A stretch of DNA of 64,000 bases. It comes from an uncultured Desulfobulbaceae bacterium. GTDB taxonomy: Bacteria; Desulfobacterota; Desulfobulbia; Desulfobulbales; BM004. The notes beneath the pieces are model-generated. The model had not been told where the DNA came from, did no database searches, and was given only the letters and a program-made list of their open reading frames with translations. Positions 1 to 7,388 of this stretch are shown here, in pieces (position 1 is the first letter of the stretch; each line of letters begins with the position of its first letter). The stretch lies in assembly GCA_947259115.1 (NCBI GenBank), contig CAMYKS010000025.1, forward strand, positions 5,224-69,223, written 5' to 3'. A program made the translations under genes and the position numbers.

Positions 1-2
1 TC

Positions 3-635
3 TCGACTATTACAGAACCGGTCGGATTCCTTGATTTTGAGACATTCATGGAAGCTGTGCCATCCTTTGAACAGCAAAGGCCCTACCAGCAAATACCCTT
101 TCAGTATTCCCTTCACAGGGTCGAAAACGGCAAACTTACGCACCAAGAATTCCTGGGCGAGCCGGGCCGGGACCCGCGCCGACCCTTTATTGAAAAACTC
201 CTTGCAGACACAAAGAACTGCAGAACGATTCTCGTCTATAACCAGGCCTTTGAGATAACGCGCCTGCAGGAGTTGGCAGCCTGTTTCCCGGAATTCGCCG
301 AGGGGGTCGAAGCAATTATTGCCAGGATTGTCGATCTCATGGTTCCTTTCCGCAACAAGGACTTTTACGTCAAAGCAATGTGCGGCAGCCACTCAATTAA
401 ATATGTGCTGCCTGCCCTGGTCCCGGACCTGAGCTATGACAACCTTGCCATAGCAGACGGCGAGACAGCCATGCTGTCTTACGCCGGGTTGGGAAAAATA
501 AACGCTGGGACTGAAAAGGAAAAAATCCGCCAGGACCTGTTGGAGTACTGCCGACTGGACACCCTGGCCATGGTGCGGATATGGGAAAAGCTTACCTCTT
601 TGACACAGCCCAGGGGCCAGCTGTCTTTATTTTAG
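3..635 (+). CDS. DUF2779-like (RecB/PD-(D/E)XK-like) protein, 5' end cut by window edge
   Basis: Frame 3 is open from the window edge (…GFLDFETFMEAVPSFEQQRPYQQIPFQYSLH…). This motif pattern is recalled from the DUF2779 family. The listed ORF 48..635 is the in-window part. Confidence 0.55.
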   Translation, partial: STITEPVGFLDFETFMEAVPSFEQQRPYQQIPFQYSLHRVENGKLTHQEFLGEPGRDPRRPFIEKLLADTKNCRTILVYNQAFEITRLQELAACFPEFAEGVEAIIARIVDLMVPFRNKDFYVKAMCGSHSIKYVLPALVPDLSYDNLAIADGETAMLSYAGLGKINAGTEKEKIRQDLLEYCRLDTLAMVRIWEKLTSLTQPRGQLSLF

Positions 636-851
636 GATAGGGTCTTTTTTTATGCCAAGCTTTTTAAATAAAATACAGGTCTGATAGGTTCTTATATTAT
701 ACGTGCCCGCCTTCCAGTTCCTATACCAAAAACACTCCCCTTCCTCGAAAACATCCCTTTTCGCCCTTCTCTCGGGAGGGCACTTCGGGCAGGTATATTT
801 AAGGTGATACCTGGCATAGAGTTCGTACAACTTAAGTCGGAATTTGTTCAT
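627..851 (-). CDS. hypothetical small protein with a CPKC motif
   Basis: 74-aa ORF starting 16 nt downstream of the DUF504-like gene on the same strand. No family recognised. Confidence 0.35.
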   Translation of the reverse strand: MNKFRLKLYELYARYHLKYTCPKCPPERRAKRDVFEEGECFWYRNWKAGTYNIRTYQTCILFKKLGIKKDPILK

Positions 852-866
852 GAATTCTGGCAGGTA

Positions 867-1133
867 CTATTTCTGCTGTTCGGGTTCACGTTCCCAGATA
901 AGTTCCCCATCTTTATACACATCGCGAACCCGATGCATGGGAACACAGAGGGCTATGCCATCTTCGTCAAACACGTGAAAGGAAAATTTATTACCCGGGA
1001 GTTGGGTAACTTCATTGAATGAGACCCGGACAATTGTTGTCTCCAAGCGGTCGTAATAGCCAATCTCAAAATAGCCGCGCCCGAAATCCGGATCCAAATG
1101 GATACGGTTCAACAGTTCATGGATTGCTTGCAT
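867..1133 (-). CDS. DUF504-like (MJ1316-type RNA cyclic-end recognition domain) protein
   Basis: 88-aa ORF. The segments LLNRIHLDPDF…YYDR… and …VPMHRVRDVYKDGELIWER match the DUF504 pattern as I recall it. Confidence 0.55.
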   Translation of the reverse strand: MQAIHELLNRIHLDPDFGRGYFEIGYYDRLETTIVRVSFNEVTQLPGNKFSFHVFDEDGIALCVPMHRVRDVYKDGELIWEREPEQQK

Positions 1134-1161
1134 TTTTCAAGGTGTTTTTTGAATGCCGCAC

Positions 1162-1404
1162 TTATTCATAACCAAGATCGTCAGACTCCAGGTCACCCAG
1201 CGGACCGGTCCAGTCTTCGGGAGGCTCGATTTCCTCCAGGTCCATCTCTTGCCATTCCTCCATTTCAAGCTCTGTAATGTCTCCATCAAAATACTGAATA
1301 TCTACAGTTCCTGCTCTTTCGCTCACATCCACTACCATAAAATCCTGATTCTTGTCCAGATGATGGTACCAGTTGCCTTCAATGGGATCAATTTCACCAA
1401 TCAT
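1162..1404 (-). CDS. hypothetical acidic small protein
   Basis: 80-aa ORF on the same strand, directly upstream of the DUF504-like gene. Strongly acidic C-terminus. Confidence 0.4.
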   Translation of the reverse strand: MIGEIDPIEGNWYHHLDKNQDFMVVDVSERAGTVDIQYFDGDITELEMEEWQEMDLEEIEPPEDWTGPLGDLESDDLGYE

Positions 1405-1499
1405 TTTATACTCCTCAGCGCATAGTGTTGTCAGCTAACTCCAATAATTCTGCCTGAATATTTAGTACACTTTTTTTTCTCCTGAAAACAACAATAATA

Positions 1500-2129
1500 T
1501 TAACTGCCTGGCAACTCTTTAATAAAATCCGCCAGTTCTCGGCTGAAGACGGCTAAAGCCCGGCTCTGCGCTCCAACCATATCTTCATATCCCCTGCCAT
1601 TGGAGTGTTCGACCGTATGTGTCGTCCTAATGCCAAAGACCGAATTGCCCTGACCGTCAGATACGGCCCAACGGGCCATGAGTTCGACATCGCCCCCCAG
1701 CCTGCCATCGAACCTGGTTACAGCAATATTTATAGTGTAATCCGCCGTAATTTCATCCATTGCCGGATATAAAAGTACCTTGTCCGTGGCAAGCATGCGG
1801 CTCATGTTTTCTGCAATGACCAGTCCAATGTCCTCCTCTAGTTTCCCGGCCCACCGATCATATTCAGCAAGATGCAGTTCATTACTGCCGGTCCGTGTAA
1901 CTATTTGCGATTTTTTAAGATACTTGGGGAGAGAAACAGGGGAAATAGCGATGGAAATATTGCTGCTACCGCCTGGAGTATTTTTCATTTCGAGCTTTGG
2001 ACCTGCCACGGGACTGAGCACATAAAATCTGGATGTCCTGGACCGACCGGCGCAACCTACCTGAAAAAGCATTGTAATACCCAGCATTACAGCAACAGCC
2101 GGGGTAAGATTTCGCAGTATCATTGTCAT
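1500..2129 (-). CDS. PqiC-like ABC-transport auxiliary lipoprotein (DUF330 type)
   Basis: Signal peptide with lipobox (MLFQVGCAG). About 200 aa. Last gene of an MlaE-MlaF-MlaD-type operon. Confidence 0.7.
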   Translation of the reverse strand: MTMILRNLTPAVAVMLGITMLFQVGCAGRSRTSRFYVLSPVAGPKLEMKNTPGGSSNISIAISPVSLPKYLKKSQIVTRTGSNELHLAEYDRWAGKLEEDIGLVIAENMSRMLATDKVLLYPAMDEITADYTINIAVTRFDGRLGGDVELMARWAVSDGQGNSVFGIRTTHTVEHSNGRGYEDMVGAQSRALAVFSRELADFIKELPGS

Positions 2130-2140
2130 CTCCTTTCGCC

Positions 2141-3157
2141 TTATTTCTTCCCTGTTATAATTGATTCGGGATGCCTTTGCAGATAGTCGCTCAATTCCTC
2201 CACTGAACGGGAGGCATCTGCCAGACTTTCCAGCGTAATTGTTATTTCCCGGCGTAATTTCGAGTTATCCGACATCATTTTTCGGGCCTCGCCCAGTATG
2301 ATTTGTGCGCTCTCAAATGAAGACTGGACTGTTGCCAGCATACTTGCAATATCCGACACAACCGGTTCAACGCGGCTGTCGATATTGTGCACCAGCTTCC
2401 GGGTATCATCCATGGTGGATTCAAAACTGTTTGCCATGGTGTCGACCCTGTGGTTTACTTTTCCTGCCAAGGTTTCTGTTTTCTTTATAACTTCCTGCAG
2501 TTCCCGGAGGGTGAGATTAAAATTTGAGGCCGAATCCTGCATCTCGGCTGAGTTTATCAGTGTGTTGGCACCCTTGACAGCCTGGGCTAAATCGTCCACA
2601 ATTTGCTGAAAGTTTACTTCGCGGATTGAATCAACTATCTGCTCCAGGGTGTCGGTCAGCATCTGCAGAGTGGTCGGGATCGTAGGGATCTCATATATTT
2701 TTTTCTCAAGTTCGATTTTTCTTATAGGTGACTCCGGGTAAAAATCATAATTGATGAAGAGCTGACCGGTGAGCAGACTTTGCATCTGCAGCTGGGCCCG
2801 CAACCCCATTTCCTTAACCAGGGTATCCACTGTCAAATTTTTGAATTTCCCCATTTCTTTATCTTCCAGAATGGAAATTCTGTTCTCGAATATCTCAACA
2901 TATACCGGGACAAAAAACTCAAAATCATCGGGGTTGATGGCAAGCTTGATATTCTTCACCGCGCCGATATCAACACCACGAAACTTTACAGGCGCGCCGA
3001 CATTCAAACCCTTGACCGAGCCCTCGAAGAACATGACATGCATACTTTTTTTCTGAAAGAACTTACCGGAGCCGAACACCAGTAGGGCGAGGACTGCAAG
3101 TCCTATTCCGCCCATTACAAAACCGCCTATAGCAACCTTATTCACCTCTTTGCTCAT
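2141..3157 (-). CDS. MlaD/PqiB-family (MCE domain) substrate-binding protein
   Basis: N-terminal TM helix followed by an MCE-like segment (FFEGSVKGLNVGAPVKFRGVDIGAV). Long helical C-terminus. Operon context. Confidence 0.8.
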   Translation of the reverse strand: MSKEVNKVAIGGFVMGGIGLAVLALLVFGSGKFFQKKSMHVMFFEGSVKGLNVGAPVKFRGVDIGAVKNIKLAINPDDFEFFVPVYVEIFENRISILEDKEMGKFKNLTVDTLVKEMGLRAQLQMQSLLTGQLFINYDFYPESPIRKIELEKKIYEIPTIPTTLQMLTDTLEQIVDSIREVNFQQIVDDLAQAVKGANTLINSAEMQDSASNFNLTLRELQEVIKKTETLAGKVNHRVDTMANSFESTMDDTRKLVHNIDSRVEPVVSDIASMLATVQSSFESAQIILGEARKMMSDNSKLRREITITLESLADASRSVEELSDYLQRHPESIITGKK

Positions 3158-3188
3158 ATGCTATCCCACGTCAAAATTTCCATTAACC

Positions 3189-3983
3189 CTATTTTTTTGC
3201 TCCCTCAGCAGCGGCCTCGCCCCTGGTGAGAAATTCCTTCACTTTCGGATCATCTGTTTCAGACAGCAACCTGTGCGGGTCACCCTGGGCGATCATTGTA
3301 CGGGTCTCTGCATCCAAAAAGACGGAATTGTTGCCGATGGCAAAAATACTTGCCAGTTCATGGGTCACAATTACTATTGTTGCGCCCAGGCTGTCCCGCA
3401 ACTCGAGAATCAGGTCATCAAGTCTTCTGGCACTGACAGGGTCCAGACCTGCCGACGGTTCATCAAAAAAAAGGATATCGGGATCCAGGGCCATGGCCCG
3501 GGCCAGTCCTGCCCGTTTCTGCATCCCGCCGCTGATCTCCGACGGGTAGAATTCTTCATACCCTGCGAGACCAACCAGGGCAAGTTTTAAAGAGACTATC
3601 TCTTCTATATCCCGGGGTGCCAGGCCTGAATATTCTTCCAGGGGCAGTCCGATATTTTCAGCCAGGGTCATGGAACTCCACAGGGCGCCCTTCTGGTAGA
3701 GGATGCCGCATTTCCGCATTATCCTGCTGCGCTCGTCAGGACTGATATCCCAAAAATTTATGTCACCGTAAAAGACCTGTCCTTTTGCAGGACTTTTCAA
3801 GCCTATAAGGTGGCGCAGCAGGGTACTTTTACCGCAGCCGCTGCCGCCCATGATAATAAAAATGTCATTATGGTTGATGCTGAAATTCAAGTCCCTCTGG
3901 ATGACAAAATCACCGTAGGCCATTGTCAGGTCAGAGACAATGATGTGTGGAGTGTTTATTGTTTTTTCGCTCTGTCTGTTCAT
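3189..3983 (-). CDS. ABC transporter ATP-binding protein (MlaF-like)
   Basis: Walker A GGSGCGKST, signature ISGGMQKR, Walker B ILFFDEP. The start was trimmed to the ATG at 3983 (MNRQSEK…), just after the permease stop at 3991. Confidence 0.9.
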   Translation of the reverse strand: MNRQSEKTINTPHIIVSDLTMAYGDFVIQRDLNFSINHNDIFIIMGGSGCGKSTLLRHLIGLKSPAKGQVFYGDINFWDISPDERSRIMRKCGILYQKGALWSSMTLAENIGLPLEEYSGLAPRDIEEIVSLKLALVGLAGYEEFYPSEISGGMQKRAGLARAMALDPDILFFDEPSAGLDPVSARRLDDLILELRDSLGATIVIVTHELASIFAIGNNSVFLDAETRTMIAQGDPHRLLSETDDPKVKEFLTRGEAAAEGAKK

Positions 3984-3990
3984 CTCTGTT

Positions 3991-5124
3991 TCATATACCC
4001 AGTGCATCGCATAGTACAGCAAAAATGCCGTCTGTAACAATTATACCGACAATCGCCGTGACCACGGCAGACGTGGTTGCCTCACCGACCGCAGCAGCAC
4101 TGCGCCCGCTCTGCATGCCCCGCATGCAGCCTGACAGTGCTATAATAATTGCATAGATCCCGGACTTTGATATCCCCAGCATTATATTGGTCAGATCAAG
4201 AGTTTCCTGGGTCTGCGTCAAATATTGCACTAAAGTTATATCCATCATACCGACTCCGACGATAGCTCCACCTATCATTCCCAGCAGGTCGGAATACATG
4301 GTGAGCAGGGGCATCATCAGCACCAGGGCGAGAAGACGGGGCAGAACCAGGAAATCCATGGGGGAAATGCCCATGGTGGACAGGGCATCGATCTCCTCAT
4401 TGACCTGCATGGTGCCAAGCTGCGCGGCATAGGCCGCTCCAATGCGGCCTGCCATGATAATGCCCGTCATCAGGGCCCCCATTTCCCGGGCCATGGCAAT
4501 GGCTACAAGGTTGGCCACATAGACCTGCGCTCCGAATAATTTAAGCTGCACTGCTCCAACAAAGGCAAGGATTAAACCGACAAGTACACTGATAAGGGTT
4601 ACGATGGGGAGCGAGTCAGCGCCGCAATCTTCGATAAAGAGGAGCAGGTCGATTCGACGAAAACGGGCTTTACCCAGGAAAAACTTAAGGAGAGACAGGG
4701 TCGCGTCACCTATGAAATGGAGCATTTGCACGGTTGAAGTGGCAAAATTAACTGCGCTTTTGCCAACCATGTATAAAAAAGTTTTTTGTTTTTTCTTCTG
4801 GGAAGCGTCCCTCTGCTCAGGCACTACCGAGGCAAGATGCAGCAAGCTCATTACCCCTTCGGGCAGTCCCTGCATCTCTAGGGTAATGTTTCTCTTGCCG
4901 CATTCATCTGTAATAGTGCGAATAAAGGTCAAAAAAATGCTATCCCACCCGTCCAACTGAGCTCCATCTATGACCAGACTTTTAATTCCGGGATTATCTT
5001 CAAGTAGACTGAGTACTGTTGACGGGCCGGGAACTTTGCTGCCGATTTGCCAGGCACCGGATATTGATGCACACAGGATATTCGGTGCCGGTTGGCTGAA
5101 ATTAATTTTGCTTTGTGCTTGCAT
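3991..5124 (-). CDS. MlaE-family ABC permease with N-terminal STAS-like domain
   Basis: C-terminal multi-TM region typical of MlaE (…MREMGALMTGIIMAGRIGAAYAAQLGTMQVNEEIDAL…). An N-terminal soluble domain of about 110 aa precedes it. Confidence 0.85.
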   Translation of the reverse strand: MQAQSKINFSQPAPNILCASISGAWQIGSKVPGPSTVLSLLEDNPGIKSLVIDGAQLDGWDSIFLTFIRTITDECGKRNITLEMQGLPEGVMSLLHLASVVPEQRDASQKKKQKTFLYMVGKSAVNFATSTVQMLHFIGDATLSLLKFFLGKARFRRIDLLLFIEDCGADSLPIVTLISVLVGLILAFVGAVQLKLFGAQVYVANLVAIAMAREMGALMTGIIMAGRIGAAYAAQLGTMQVNEEIDALSTMGISPMDFLVLPRLLALVLMMPLLTMYSDLLGMIGGAIVGVGMMDITLVQYLTQTQETLDLTNIMLGISKSGIYAIIIALSGCMRGMQSGRSAAAVGEATTSAVVTAIVGIIVTDGIFAVLCDALGI

Positions 5125-5470
5125 TTCGTTCCAGAACCATTGTGATGATATTAGAGAGGCAACCCTTTGCGGCAGCTTATCAACTCCATGTCAGTCAATC
5201 AACAACCTTATCCCGAACAATGCTTTAATGAAATCAGCTGGCTGCCCCCATACAATGGGTGAGGTTCAACTATGCGAACAACAGTTGACACCCACAGCGC
5301 CATGTGAGACCGACAATAGTATGTAAAAGTTTTTTCCCTGATTATCACCAAGTTTCTCATAATACACCATAAAGGCTATGCCTGATTTTAAAATAAATGT
5401 TGCAATACAACCATATTGGGAATATATTCCCAAATGTAAACGGAAGCATTAATGCGGGACACTAAAAAGG

Positions 5471-6295
5471 ATGATGCAGTTGCCGGATTCTTACAGAAAA
5501 GAGTTGCTAAAATTTGGTCTAAATGGGACTGCTGCAGGTTTAGCTGCTGGAGGTTTTAGCCTTTCGCAGGCAGAGAAAACGCGCGCTGCAGCCATCCACC
5601 CATATGGCTTTGTGGCTAACGGACTGGATGTTGAATATACCAGGCAGCTTGGATATAATGGCTATAAAGGGATCACTATTGATGGCGTTACGCATAAACA
5701 CTGTGCTTTTGCAACCTTTTACGCCATTATCAGCCAGTTGGCTGAAATAGTAGGTTCTCCATACAGTGAGATACCTCCCCAGATGATGGAATGGGCCAAC
5801 GGAGGCGTTGCGGGATTTGGGTCTTTCTGTGGCGCCCTGAATGGCGCCTGCGCCGCAGTTGGTCTTATCTGCAGCAATGATGACGCAAAAGGCTTTATCT
5901 CCGACCTTCTGAGCTGGTATGCCGAAACCCCGCTGCCGTCAAACATTATTGCGCCCACAGGTATTCTGCCGCAAAGTGTTGCCAAAGGCAATCTCTGCCA
6001 TATGTCTGTGACAAACTGGTGCCTGGCTTCAGGGTATGCCAGCGGCTCTTCTGCACGCTCAGAAAGGTGCGCTCGCCTTGCCGGTGATGTTGCTGCCAAG
6101 GCTGTAAAAATGCTCAATTTCGGCCGTCTTGGTCGCGTTGCTCCCGGAGACAAGACCACTTGCCGTGTGTGCCATTATAAGGGGAACGATTGCGAAGGCG
6201 ACCAGTTCAGCCGCGGCAAAATGAACTGCACTGCCTTTCATGATGAATTTGACGATGCCAGGCAGCGTCGACAGGGTCCAAAGAATGATAGGTAG
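5471..6295 (+). CDS. C_GCAxxG_C_C-family protein with a C-terminal CXXCH haem motif (split-Soret-cytochrome-like)
   Basis: Contains the CGALNGAC motif, one CRVCH, and an N-terminal Tat-like SYRKELLKFG followed by an Ala/Gly-rich h-region. Confidence 0.6.
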   Translation: MMQLPDSYRKELLKFGLNGTAAGLAAGGFSLSQAEKTRAAAIHPYGFVANGLDVEYTRQLGYNGYKGITIDGVTHKHCAFATFYAIISQLAEIVGSPYSEIPPQMMEWANGGVAGFGSFCGALNGACAAVGLICSNDDAKGFISDLLSWYAETPLPSNIIAPTGILPQSVAKGNLCHMSVTNWCLASGYASGSSARSERCARLAGDVAAKAVKMLNFGRLGRVAPGDKTTCRVCHYKGNDCEGDQFSRGKMNCTAFHDEFDDARQRRQGPKNDR

Positions 6296-6338
6296 ATCTC
6301 CCGCATATTTTCATTGCAAAACTGTTTGTATACTCTAA

Positions 6339-7190
6339 ATGGATGACAACATTAAAAAACGGTTAACCGCCAGCATAGTAAAGCTGCTGGGCCCCCTTGT
6401 CCGGATTCTCCTCCGCTATGGCGTATCTTTCGGGGAATTCACGGAAATGGCGCGCTGGGTTTATGTAAATGTTGCAGATAAAGACTTCAGCATTAACGGC
6501 AGGAAGCAGACCGTATCAAGAATATCGGTAATAACCGGTCTCAACCGCAAGGATGTCACACGATTGAAAAAAATTAACATCCATGATGAAAAAGATGCTT
6601 TTGCGGGTTTTAACCGGGCTGGCCGGGTAATAAGCGGCTGGGTACGGGATAAGGCCTACCATGACAAAAAAGGTGTGCCTGCTGCACTGCCTTTGGAAGG
6701 ACATAAGAAAAGTTTTACTTCTCTAGTGAAGCAATACAGCGGGGATATGCCTGTGCGGGCTGTGCTTGATGAACTTCTCAGAATCGAGGCGGTAAGAAAA
6801 AATAAAAATGATACTGTAAACTTGTTAACCAAGGCTTATATCCCTAAAAATGTTGACGCAGAAAAAATATCCATACTCGGGGCCGATGCTGCAGACCTTA
6901 TTTCTTCCATTGATCACAACCTGAGTGAGCAGCACGAACAACCCTTTTTCCAGCGCAAAGTAATGTACAATAATATCCCGGCTGCGGCTGTTGACGATTT
7001 CAGGCAGATTAGTTCTGCCCACGGTCAGGGTCTGCTGGAAAAACTTGATATCATACTGGCAAAACATGACCGTGATTGTAATCCGGATATCAAGGGTTCA
7101 GGCCGTAAACGTCTCGGGGTAGGCATCTACTACTTTGAAGAGGATCTTGGTGAAACTGAAAACAAAGAAACAAAAATAAAGAAGGGATAA
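6339..7190 (+). CDS. uncharacterised putative HTH regulator (I believe catalogued as DUF6502); paralogue of 52249..53076
   Basis: 283-aa ORF alignable over its full length with the 52249 gene. HTH-like segment SRISVITGLNRKDVTRLKK. Confidence 0.7.
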   Translation: MDDNIKKRLTASIVKLLGPLVRILLRYGVSFGEFTEMARWVYVNVADKDFSINGRKQTVSRISVITGLNRKDVTRLKKINIHDEKDAFAGFNRAGRVISGWVRDKAYHDKKGVPAALPLEGHKKSFTSLVKQYSGDMPVRAVLDELLRIEAVRKNKNDTVNLLTKAYIPKNVDAEKISILGADAADLISSIDHNLSEQHEQPFFQRKVMYNNIPAAAVDDFRQISSAHGQGLLEKLDIILAKHDRDCNPDIKGSGRKRLGVGIYYFEEDLGETENKETKIKKG

Positions 7191-7388
7191 GCAGAAGGGA
7201 TACATGTTTTTGATCATAACATGTGGCAACATATTGAGAACGCCAGCCGCCCATGAAAAGGCGGGGGATATAGATTGGGAAGGAATGTCATTATGAAAAA
7301 GCTTGATGAAGTAATAAAAGTTTTCGCATCTGACTTTTGCAGCGCTGTTAACGATAATATTGAGGCGGAAATGCCGGAGGCCCATATA

